Shown: piece after piece, positions 9,938 to 18,070 of the stretch | Numbering within the stretch: the first letter of the stretch is position 1 | Layout: each line of letters starts with the position of its first letter | DNA from: an uncultured Flavobacteriales bacterium | Lineage (GTDB): Bacteria; Bacteroidota; Bacteroidia; Flavobacteriales; Schleiferiaceae | Reading direction: 5' to 3' | Length of the DNA: 64,000 nt | Assembly (NCBI GenBank): GCA_963925515.1 | Contig: CAWURU010000001.1 | Coordinates: 10,246 to 74,245 of the forward strand | Notes under the pieces: model-generated | Databases searched by the model: none | What the model was told of the DNA's origin: nothing | The model's input: only the letters and a program-made list of their open reading frames with translations | Program-made: the position numbers and the translations under genes

Positions 9938-9945
9938 TACTTTTG
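9938..9945 (+). promoter_or_regulatory. Candidate -7 box (TACTTTTG) for the DUF62/ABM/gldFG/DUF4340 gene string
   Basis: Exact TAnnTTTG, 50 nt upstream of the ATG at 9995. Confidence 0.4.
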
Positions 9946-9994
9946 ACAAAGTAACTACATTTTCATCAATACACAACGCAGCGATAGCTGATCT

Positions 9995-10783
9995 ATGACT
10001 GTCATCACGTTTACATCTGATTTTGGACTCCGAGATACGACTGTTGCTCGTGTCAAAGCCCGCTTTATGCGCAGGGTTAAGGATCTGTTGATGGTGGACG
10101 TTTCTCATTTAGTGGAGCCCCACAATATCACGGAAGCAGCTTTCATGCTTCGTCGGGTATATCAAGACTTTCCTCCCGGTACGATCCACTGTGTCTTTGT
10201 GGGTGCTGGTCCACAAGAAAACAAGGAGTATATATGCCTGAAGGCCAATGGTCATTATTTTTTAGGTGTTAATAATGGCATTTTACCAAGTGTATTGAAT
10301 GGCGCAAAAATAACGGGCGCTCGTGTTTTAGATATTCGTGGTGTTGACACTACGGATGAAAAAGACTTATTTGCGGCAGCAGCGGGTCATCTATCTGTGC
10401 AGGGAAAGCTTGAAGTTTTAGGACCTCCGCTTAAGAGTGTTAAAAGGATAAAGGAGAATGCTCCGGCCATCTCCGACTTTGCAGTACGTGGCCACGTGAT
10501 CTATATTGATCATTTTGGCACCTGTGTCACAAACATTTCAAAAGAACTCTTTAACAGCCAACTAAAGGGTAGACGTGCATCAGTAGAGGTTGCGAGAAAC
10601 AGAAGTATCAAAACTATTTTTGATCGTATAGCTGAGGTTCCTCAGGGAGATATAGCTGCTCTTTGGGACCAACACGGTATGCTTTGTATAGCGGTAGGGA
10701 AAAGTGGAGGCGATCATATCAAAGGCAGCAACGAACTTTTAGGAATGAAAATTCACGATTGGGTGAGAATTGATTTTGTATGA
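9995..10783 (+). CDS. SAM hydroxide adenosyltransferase-like protein (DUF62, chlorinase/fluorinase fold)
   Basis: 262 aa. N-terminal ITFTSDFGLRD motif and size are typical of DUF62. The usual Y-V-G after the Asp is replaced by T-V-A. Confidence 0.65.
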   Translation: MTVITFTSDFGLRDTTVARVKARFMRRVKDLLMVDVSHLVEPHNITEAAFMLRRVYQDFPPGTIHCVFVGAGPQENKEYICLKANGHYFLGVNNGILPSVLNGAKITGARVLDIRGVDTTDEKDLFAAAAGHLSVQGKLEVLGPPLKSVKRIKENAPAISDFAVRGHVIYIDHFGTCVTNISKELFNSQLKGRRASVEVARNRSIKTIFDRIAEVPQGDIAALWDQHGMLCIAVGKSGGDHIKGSNELLGMKIHDWVRIDFV

Positions 10784-11070
10784 TCGTTAGAATAGTTAAA
10801 CTATCTATTGATCCCAATTCAAAGGAAGGAGCCTCTTTTAGACGCTTATTTCTCGAGAGCAAAGAACACATAGTTGGTCAAGAAGGCTGCCATAAAGTTG
10901 TTTTGTTAGAGGCGCAGACGCATTTCTTTACCCACAGCACTTGGGACTCTGAAGAGGCCTTAAATGACTACAGAAAAAGCGATTTATTTGGAGCCGTTTG
11001 GCCGAAAACAAAGGCGCTATTTTATGACAAACCAGAGGCTTGGACATGCCTTGAGATAGAAGAAGCATAA
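10780..11070 (+). CDS. Small ABM (antibiotic-biosynthesis-monooxygenase-like) domain protein
   Basis: 96 aa. Size and pattern fit a ferredoxin-like ABM fold. ATGA overlap with the upstream gene. Weak motif evidence only. Confidence 0.45.
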   Translation: MIVRIVKLSIDPNSKEGASFRRLFLESKEHIVGQEGCHKVVLLEAQTHFFTHSTWDSEEALNDYRKSDLFGAVWPKTKALFYDKPEAWTCLEIEEA

Positions 11071-11071
11071 C

Positions 11072-13486
11072 ATGATTGCACAACTTCAAAAAGAATTAAA
11101 AGTATATTTCTCAGGTATTTTAGGATACTTGATCATTGGCATTTACCTACTCATTAACGGCCTGATGCTCTGGGTGTTTAATGGTCCATTCAATTTATTG
11201 GATGGAGGTTATGCAACTTTGAGTAATTACTTTGGCCTTGCACCATGGGTATTTTTATTCCTGATACCTGCGGTCAGTATGCGTGTATTCAGTGACGAAT
11301 TGAAATCGGGAATGATGGAATTGTTGATTGTTCGTCCTATTTCCACGCGTGAATTGGTTCTTGCTAAATTTCTAGGAACCCTCTCGGTGGTGGTTTTATC
11401 TATACTTCCTACGTTTGTTTATTTGTGGAGCATGAGTGAATTAGGCTCACCCGTGGGTAATATTGATTGGGGAGCATCTATAGGTTCTTTTATTGGATTG
11501 TTGGCCTTAGGGGGTGCGTATACAGCCATTGCTGTTTTTGCAAGTTCCTTAACGACGAATAATGTGGTCGCCTTTGTTTTAGGTGTAGCCTTTAATGCAG
11601 GTATTTATATAGGGTTTGAGGCGTTGGCTAATTTATACCAATTCTCGGGTTGGGAATTAGTGGTACGCAACGTGGGCATTAATGAGCATTATATTTCCAT
11701 GTCCCGTGGGGTTTTGGATGCACGTGATTTAGGTTATTTCGTTGGCATAATTCTGTTGTTCTTAGGATTGACTCAAGTTCTAGTTGCTCGCGGTAATCAA
11801 AAAAGACCACTTCGCAGCGCGGCTGTTTTTATTCTCCCCGCGCTTGCACTCCTGACATCTAGCTATGTCGTACACTGGAGAATTGACTTGACGGAAGAGG
11901 GTCGCTACTCACTGAGTGAAGGAACGGAAGGTTTATTGGATCAATTAGACGAGCCATTATTGGTTAAAATATATTTAGAAGGTGAATTCCCTGCAGGATT
12001 TGAGCGATTAAAACTGGAATCCAGATATATGCTCGAGGAATGGTCGGCTAGAAATGGAAATGTCTTTTTTGAGTTTATCAATCCCAATCAAGTGGAAAAC
12101 GCTCAGGAATTTAAAAATCAATTAGCTACTAAGGGAATAAACGCCGTACAGCTTCAGGTTTCTTCGAAAAATGGTCAAAGTGTTCTCAATGTATTTCCTG
12201 CTGCAATCCTAAGCTATCAAGAGAAGGAAGAAGTGGCTATTCTTCTTGAAGACGTGATGGTCTTTGATCCCGCTGAACAGGTAAACGTTAGTATACAGCA
12301 GTTAGAATTTAACCTTGCGCGGTCCTTAAGTGCACTCTTACAAGATGAAAAACCAAAGGTGGCGATGATTACTGGCCACGGTGAGCTATCAGCTCTACAA
12401 ACCGCAGGTATAGGAATGGCATTAAGTGAGCATTACACGGTCGAAAGGTTTTCCACACTAACCTACAAGGCGCTACCTAACGGCGAGCCTGATATTGAAG
12501 ACTTGATACGAAGGCTGAACACCTTCGAATTGGCTATAATCGCAAAACCTACCAAGGCTTTTAGTGAGCTAGATAAATATTTCTTAGACCAGTACGCTAT
12601 GGGTGGTGGGCACCTCATGTGGTTTATTGATGGGGTTCATGCTGAGATGGATAGTTTGAGTTATGGTCCAGAATTTTTGGCGTATCCAACCTATTTTGAC
12701 TTAAACATCACCGACCTCTTGTTTAAATATGGTGTACGTATCAATACTGATTTAATTCAAGATGTTCGCTGTGCTGGAATAAATGACCGAAGAAATGTTA
12801 ATCCGTGGGTATATTTCCCGCTCTTTGGTGCCACTGATCATCCATCTGTAGCTAATTTAAATGCAATAAAAGGCGAGTTTTCATCCTCTCTAGATACCTT
12901 AGAGGCTCCCGGTATTAAAAAAACTGCACTACTACAATCCTCCTCCAACGCTAAGAGAGTTCCTGCACCCCACACGGTAAGTTTAGAAGCCCTATACAAT
13001 CGTCCGGATCCAAGGAGCTTCAATCAGAGAGATCTTCTTTCTGGAATTTTACTCGAAGGTGTATTCGAAAGCGCTTACGCAAATAGAATAGCTCCTAAAA
13101 CAGCGGGTGCTTCTCTTCCCCAGCTCAAACAAAGTAACCCAACTTCGATGGCGGTCTTTAGCGATGGTGATTTAATCCGCAATCAGGTAAACCTTATCAA
13201 TCCAGAGCTTCCAAGAGGGCAGCCTATGCCGTTGGGCTTTGATCAATACACTAATATTCAATACGGTAATGATGACCTGGTTTTGAATATCGTTGACTAC
13301 ATGCTTGATGATAGAGGATTAATGGATACACGGACAAGAGATGTGAAACTACGCCTGTTGGACCAACAAAAAATATCGAGTAACGCAAGTTTCTGGAAGT
13401 TCTTAAACGTTGTATTCCCTGAGTTTCTATTGCTCTTAGCAGCTTTGCTGTTTAATTTGATAAGAAGAAAAAAATATGCGCATTAA
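11072..13486 (+). CDS. gldFG: Gliding-motility ABC transporter, fused GldF (ABC-2 permease) and GldG (accessory) polypeptide
   Basis: 804 aa. Residues 1-240 form a polytopic ABC-2 permease with FLIPAVSMRVFSDELKSGMMELL. From about residue 255 there is GldG-like WRIDLTEEGRYSLSE, a large soluble region and a C-terminal TM helix. The length roughly equals the combined size I recall for separate GldF and GldG. Confidence 0.75.
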   Translation: MIAQLQKELKVYFSGILGYLIIGIYLLINGLMLWVFNGPFNLLDGGYATLSNYFGLAPWVFLFLIPAVSMRVFSDELKSGMMELLIVRPISTRELVLAKFLGTLSVVVLSILPTFVYLWSMSELGSPVGNIDWGASIGSFIGLLALGGAYTAIAVFASSLTTNNVVAFVLGVAFNAGIYIGFEALANLYQFSGWELVVRNVGINEHYISMSRGVLDARDLGYFVGIILLFLGLTQVLVARGNQKRPLRSAAVFILPALALLTSSYVVHWRIDLTEEGRYSLSEGTEGLLDQLDEPLLVKIYLEGEFPAGFERLKLESRYMLEEWSARNGNVFFEFINPNQVENAQEFKNQLATKGINAVQLQVSSKNGQSVLNVFPAAILSYQEKEEVAILLEDVMVFDPAEQVNVSIQQLEFNLARSLSALLQDEKPKVAMITGHGELSALQTAGIGMALSEHYTVERFSTLTYKALPNGEPDIEDLIRRLNTFELAIIAKPTKAFSELDKYFLDQYAMGGGHLMWFIDGVHAEMDSLSYGPEFLAYPTYFDLNITDLLFKYGVRINTDLIQDVRCAGINDRRNVNPWVYFPLFGATDHPSVANLNAIKGEFSSSLDTLEAPGIKKTALLQSSSNAKRVPAPHTVSLEALYNRPDPRSFNQRDLLSGILLEGVFESAYANRIAPKTAGASLPQLKQSNPTSMAVFSDGDLIRNQVNLINPELPRGQPMPLGFDQYTNIQYGNDDLVLNIVDYMLDDRGLMDTRTRDVKLRLLDQQKISSNASFWKFLNVVFPEFLLLLAALLFNLIRRKKYAH

Positions 13487-14510
13487 TAGCTCTCTCATTG
13501 TTCTTGTTACGGCTCTTTCCATGATGGCCTGTTCCACACCAACCCAAAGCGATGGTATGGAAGAATTAAAGGCCCAATATGATTTTGCAGTTTTAGATAC
13601 AGCAAGTATTACTAAAATCATTATCAGCGATAAAAAGCCTGCTACGGTAGTCCTCGAAAGAACTTCGTCTGGCTGGATCGTTGGGGACGGTGCGCCAGTA
13701 AGAAAAGATGCTATTGAGGTACTTCTAGAAACAGTCAGTCAAGTGACATTGAAAAACTTTGTGCGTAAAAGCGCCATTCCACAGGTCAACCAGCGTATGG
13801 ATGTATATGGCAAATGGGTGGAAGTCTACCAAGGGGAAGTATTGGTCAAGAGTTATATTGTAGGAACAGAAACTCCAGACATGTTAGGGACGTATTACAA
13901 AATGAATGGATCTGAGATCCCGTTTGCTGTCTATCTCCAAGGGTTTAATGGTTACCTGACTACCCGATTTTTTACCTCGGAGTCTCTATGGCGAGACCGT
14001 ACTATTTATGGGCTAGCTCCGGATGAAATCAAGAGTGTCGAAATGAGTGCAACAGCGAATGAAGGGTCCTTTTGGAGGATCACGAGAACAACAGCTGATA
14101 CTAAAGTGCAATCCTCGGGGAGTGATGGGGCAAATTGGTCTTTAGAAGGGGAGAATGACCAGCCACTTGGATTTAAGCGATCTCAAGACCTGTTTTCCGC
14201 GGTATCTAGTATTAGAACCTTGAAATATGAAGGAGCGATAATTGAGTCGGACAATATTTGGGCGAAAAAAGACAGTATTTTCAGTTCAACGCCTGCATTT
14301 ACCTTTTGTGTGGTGAACGCAGAGGACGAAAAGCTAGTGACTAAAGGTTATTACAAAAAAGCCGACGGTATATTGATTGGTGAGGATGGCGTGCCGCACC
14401 AGTGGGACCCTGATCGCTTCTACGCGCAACTTCCGGATGGACGAATGGCATTGATTCAGCGCTATGGTTGGAGAAATGTCATGAAGACTCCTTGGGAATT
14501 TAACCAGTAA
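13476..14510 (+). CDS. DUF4340-like lipoprotein (commonly follows gldG)
   Basis: 344 aa. Lipoprotein signal LVTALSMMAC. 11-nt overlap with the gldFG stop. Family call is from context and memory only. Confidence 0.5.
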   Translation: MRINSSLIVLVTALSMMACSTPTQSDGMEELKAQYDFAVLDTASITKIIISDKKPATVVLERTSSGWIVGDGAPVRKDAIEVLLETVSQVTLKNFVRKSAIPQVNQRMDVYGKWVEVYQGEVLVKSYIVGTETPDMLGTYYKMNGSEIPFAVYLQGFNGYLTTRFFTSESLWRDRTIYGLAPDEIKSVEMSATANEGSFWRITRTTADTKVQSSGSDGANWSLEGENDQPLGFKRSQDLFSAVSSIRTLKYEGAIIESDNIWAKKDSIFSSTPAFTFCVVNAEDEKLVTKGYYKKADGILIGEDGVPHQWDPDRFYAQLPDGRMALIQRYGWRNVMKTPWEFNQ

Positions 14511-14607
14511 AGTGCAGTTTATGGACCACTGCATCGCACAGTTGACTTATTAACACCTGTTTAAAAGTAAATTGGTTTGAAAAAGACGGTCTAAACATGG
14601 ACCCGAC

Positions 14608-14615
14608 TATATTTG
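14608..14615 (+). promoter_or_regulatory. Candidate -7 box (TATATTTG) for dnaN
   Basis: Exact TAnnTTTG, 30 nt upstream of the dnaN ATG. Confidence 0.4.
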
Positions 14616-14644
14616 TTTTAATAGAGATTTAATCCACAGAAAGC

Positions 14645-15766
14645 ATGAAATTCATTGTATCCAGCTCTAAGCTTCTTAAGCAGTTGCAACTTATTGGAGG
14701 AATCATCCAAAGTAACAACACACTGCCTATTCTAGATAATTTTTTGTTCGAGCTAAAACAGGGTGAACTCTCTGTTAGTGCTTCTGATCTTGAAACTACG
14801 ATGAGTGTAAACCTGGAGGTAGAAACCCAGGATGTGGGTTCTGCGGCGGTGCCAGCAAAGACCTTGTTAGATACACTCAAGACCTTTCCTGAACAACCAT
14901 TGACCTTTACATTCGACACTTCGTCGCATACTATTGAGTTGGCCTCTGATTACGGTAAGTACAGCCTTGCTTTCATCGATGGTGAGGAGTTCCCTAAATT
15001 CCCTGAATTAGAGGAATCTTCTAAAACAGTATTACCTGCTGAGGTTCTAGTAACGGCTATTGGTAAAACCTTATTTGCCACCGGAAACGATGAACTTCGC
15101 CCAGTGATGAGCGGTGTGTTTTTTCAATTTGACTCGAGCAGTCTAACCTTTGTGGCCACGGATGCACACAAGCTTGTGCGTTACCGCAGAACTGACTTAG
15201 GTGCAGGAGCCACTTCAGAGTTCATAATGCCTAAAAAGCCTTTAAATATGCTTCGTGGGTCACTGAGCTATAACTCTTCTGAAGTAGAGGTGGTTTATAA
15301 TACTACGAACGCCCAGTTTTCGTTTGACAATGTCGTCATGGTATGTCGATTGATTGATGGCAAGTATCCAAACTACGAAGCTGTTATACCGCAAAGCAAC
15401 CCCAATGTGATGCTTATTGATAGGAGTGCTTTCTCTTCTTCTGTGAAACGCGTCTCTATTTTCTCAAACAAAACAACCCATCAGATTAGACTTCGTCTTG
15501 CTGGAGCGGAAATTTCAGTAAGTGCTGAAGATCCTGATTTTAGTAACAAGGCCCATGAGCGTATTGCTTGTGATTATCAAGGAGATGATATGGAAATTGG
15601 CTTTAACAGTAGGTTTTTGTTGGAAATGCTCGGAAATTTAGGGTCTGATAATGTACGCGTTGAAATGAGCGCTCCAAACCGCGCTGGGATATTGATTCCT
15701 GCCGATGGAACAGAGGATGGTGAAGATCTATTGATGCTGGTAATGCCTGTGATGTTAAATCACTAA
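14645..15766 (+). CDS. dnaN: DNA polymerase III beta sliding clamp
   Basis: 373 aa. Typical N-terminus MKFIVSSSKLLKQLQ and C-terminus LMLVMPVMLNH. Confidence 0.92.
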   Translation: MKFIVSSSKLLKQLQLIGGIIQSNNTLPILDNFLFELKQGELSVSASDLETTMSVNLEVETQDVGSAAVPAKTLLDTLKTFPEQPLTFTFDTSSHTIELASDYGKYSLAFIDGEEFPKFPELEESSKTVLPAEVLVTAIGKTLFATGNDELRPVMSGVFFQFDSSSLTFVATDAHKLVRYRRTDLGAGATSEFIMPKKPLNMLRGSLSYNSSEVEVVYNTTNAQFSFDNVVMVCRLIDGKYPNYEAVIPQSNPNVMLIDRSAFSSSVKRVSIFSNKTTHQIRLRLAGAEISVSAEDPDFSNKAHERIACDYQGDDMEIGFNSRFLLEMLGNLGSDNVRVEMSAPNRAGILIPADGTEDGEDLLMLVMPVMLNH

Positions 15767-16626
15767 CGTTTAGGGTCTAGCGAGGTAGGAACCCTCGAAT
15801 TTGTTGGAGCGATGTCTAAATTCTGTATCAACGGATAGGAATCTTCTATCTGCCATTTACCTTTTGACCAGTATATCTTGTCATAGGAAAAATCAGGTCC
15901 ATAAGCAAACCATCTTTCCACAAGCTCTAATTTTGATGGAGCTAAATGATCACAAATAATTCCTTTGTGTTTATTATCCCAACGCACCGCTGCAGATAAG
16001 GTGCTGTTGTATCTAAACTGTATTCTATAAGGTCGTCTAGCGTAGCGTTCGTCTCCGTTGGATCGTATGTTGAATATTCTTGATCCGAAATGGCAACGTT
16101 CACTTCGACTCCCAAGTTCAATTCCATCTACGTATTTAGTGTGGTATGACGGTCCAGGTCTAAAGGCAAGCAGCGTATATACTTTTTGTCCCTTGTCCCT
16201 TGTGGTCAGTATGTCGTAGCAAATAGCGCCTACCCAATCACCGGCTTTTAACCATCTATAGGGTGCGTCATCAGAACCAAAGTCATTGAGTACAAGCCTT
16301 TGGGAACCTTTCCATTGTTTATTCCAAAGAAAGCCGTGGAAATTGAAACTACCCTCTGCGGTAGGCACTGCCCAAGTATACAAAGCGAAGGATTGGTCAT
16401 CGGGAAGCTGAACGCTTAAATTGCTTACTTGAGTCAAAGTCTTGCCATAATTGGCTTCGATACTAATAAAAGACCATAAACTATCTGCAAAAACCTCCGA
16501 GAGTGAATCTGCAGACGCTATGTTAGATGGCAGCAAGTAGGATTGACCTAATTCTTGGAGTCTAGATTCATCAACTTGAGCGTAAAGGGAGGAGAATGAA
16601 ACTATGAAAGCGAAGAGGGCGCGCAT
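15763..16626 (-). CDS. Secreted hypothetical protein
   Basis: 287 aa. ATG at 16626 gives the signal peptide MRALFAFIVSFSSLYAQ and sits 4 nt after the ferredoxin stop; the track extension to 16707 overlaps the ferredoxin gene. No motif recognised. Confidence 0.6.
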   Translation of the reverse strand: MRALFAFIVSFSSLYAQVDESRLQELGQSYLLPSNIASADSLSEVFADSLWSFISIEANYGKTLTQVSNLSVQLPDDQSFALYTWAVPTAEGSFNFHGFLWNKQWKGSQRLVLNDFGSDDAPYRWLKAGDWVGAICYDILTTRDKGQKVYTLLAFRPGPSYHTKYVDGIELGSRSERCHFGSRIFNIRSNGDERYARRPYRIQFRYNSTLSAAVRWDNKHKGIICDHLAPSKLELVERWFAYGPDFSYDKIYWSKGKWQIEDSYPLIQNLDIAPTNSRVPTSLDPKR

Positions 16627-16630
16627 GGAA

Positions 16631-16984
16631 TTAGTCTTCCGAATGCATGAATTCTTTCTTTGCCATAAGTTGAACATCTGATTCAACGTGATCTTCATCT
16701 GGAACACAACAATCTACAGGACAAACTTCAGCACATTGGGGTACTTCATGAAATCCAATACATTCCGTACACTTGTCCGTGACTATATAATAAACGTCGT
16801 AATCTACAGGTTCTTGCGCCTCATCGGCATCATATTCTTTGCCTCCAGGAGTGATTATTTTCCCAGAAACATTAGTTCCGTCATTAAATCGCCACTCTAA
16901 TGCGCCTTCATAAATAGCATTATTAGGACACTCTGGCTCGCAGGCTCCACAATTAATGCATTCGTCGGTGATTTTAATAGCCAT
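16631..16984 (-). CDS. 4Fe-4S dicluster ferredoxin
   Basis: 117 aa. [12 protein letters not shown] and [21 protein letters not shown] cluster motifs. Confidence 0.88.
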   Translation of the reverse strand: MAIKITDECINCGACEPECPNNAIYEGALEWRFNDGTNVSGKIITPGGKEYDADEAQEPVDYDVYYIVTDKCTECIGFHEVPQCAEVCPVDCCVPDEDHVESDVQLMAKKEFMHSED

Positions 16985-16999
16985 ATACCTTGGTTACTT

Positions 17000-17007
17000 T
17001 AGCTTTG
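17000..17007 (+). promoter_or_regulatory. Candidate -7 box (TAGCTTTG) for the acyl-CoA reductase gene
   Basis: Exact TAnnTTTG, 26 nt upstream of the ATG at 17033. Confidence 0.4.
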
Positions 17008-17018
17008 CAATTCTAACA

Positions 17019-17026
17019 CAAAGGTA
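17019..17026 (-). promoter_or_regulatory. Candidate -7 box (TACCTTTG) for the ferredoxin operon
   Basis: Exact TAnnTTTG on the minus strand, 34 nt upstream of the ferredoxin ATG at 16984. Confidence 0.4.
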
Positions 17027-17032
17027 ACGACA

Positions 17033-18067
17033 ATGTTTTTTTCTGACCATAGGATTATTGCAGTTTCACGCTTGGGCCAATTTTTAAGGGAGTTTTCTTC
17101 TGATTCCCCTATTTCAGGTGGCTTGGCAGATATTGCTGAAGAGCTAAAGGTGGCTGTTACGAAATCTCATAGGCACAATGGATGGTTCATCACTGAAAAT
17201 GTGATGTTTGCCATCTCATCTTGGGGTGATGCATTGACTGAAGAGCACTTAAACCTGTGGCGTAGCCGCGAGGGTGGTGTCCAAGAGGTAAACCGCCATA
17301 GAGTTGGTGTCGTCATGGCAGGAAATATCCCGCTCGTCGGCCTTCATGACTTTATTAGTGTTTTTTTGAGTGGTCATTTTGCAGTCGTTAAAATGAGTTC
17401 AGATGATGAATGTCTTTTACCAGTTTTAGTCAAAGTATTGCTTCGGGAAAATCCTTTGTTTGAGGGGGATTGGGTTTTTGTCGATCGTTTAGACAATATA
17501 GAAGCGGTCATCGCAACAGGTAGTGATAATACGTCGAGATATTTCGAATACTACTTTGGTAAATACCCTAATATTATCAGGAAAAACAGAACCTCAGTGG
17601 CTGTTCTTGATGGCACAGAGTCTGAGCAGGAACTCGTCGCCCTAGGGGAAGATCTGTTCAGATATTTTGGAATGGGATGCAGAAATGTAGGACATATACT
17701 GGTTCCAGAAGGATATGACATCCAATTGGTTTTTGCCAACATCGTTGGTTGGGACGACATTGTGAATAATAACAAGTACGGTAATAACTACGAATACTAT
17801 CGCGCTTTGTTTCTTTTGAATCAAGACGATTTTTTAGAGAACGGTTTTCTGATTGTTAGGGATAACAAAGAGTTACATACCCCCGTGTCTATTCTTCACC
17901 ACAGCACTTACATTCTTCCTAAAGGTCAAGATCGATTGGAAGAATGGGGCGATCAAATTCAGTGTGTAGTAGGGCATGGCTTCCTGCCCTTTGGAACTGC
18001 ACAGCTGCCTGAGCTTTGGGACTACGCTGATAATGTCAATACAATAGCCTTTTTAGGCTCCTTGTAA
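17033..18067 (+). CDS. LuxC-like acyl-CoA reductase family protein
   Basis: 344 aa. The VVMAGNIPLVGLHDF block and overall layout resemble the LuxC-type acyl-CoA reductases annotated in Flavobacteriia. Family-level call only. Confidence 0.55.
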   Translation: MFFSDHRIIAVSRLGQFLREFSSDSPISGGLADIAEELKVAVTKSHRHNGWFITENVMFAISSWGDALTEEHLNLWRSREGGVQEVNRHRVGVVMAGNIPLVGLHDFISVFLSGHFAVVKMSSDDECLLPVLVKVLLRENPLFEGDWVFVDRLDNIEAVIATGSDNTSRYFEYYFGKYPNIIRKNRTSVAVLDGTESEQELVALGEDLFRYFGMGCRNVGHILVPEGYDIQLVFANIVGWDDIVNNNKYGNNYEYYRALFLLNQDDFLENGFLIVRDNKELHTPVSILHHSTYILPKGQDRLEEWGDQIQCVVGHGFLPFGTAQLPELWDYADNVNTIAFLGSL

Positions 18068-18070
18068 AAG

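Noticed and set aside
14630-14638. DnaA-box-like 9-mer TAATCCACA just upstream of dnaN, raising the possibility of a replication origin.
   Set aside because: It is a single copy with one mismatch to TTATCCACA. By my rough estimate, hits with one mismatch or fewer would occur about 14 times by chance in 64 kb on both strands. There is no cluster of boxes, no AT-rich unwinding element and no dnaA gene nearby.
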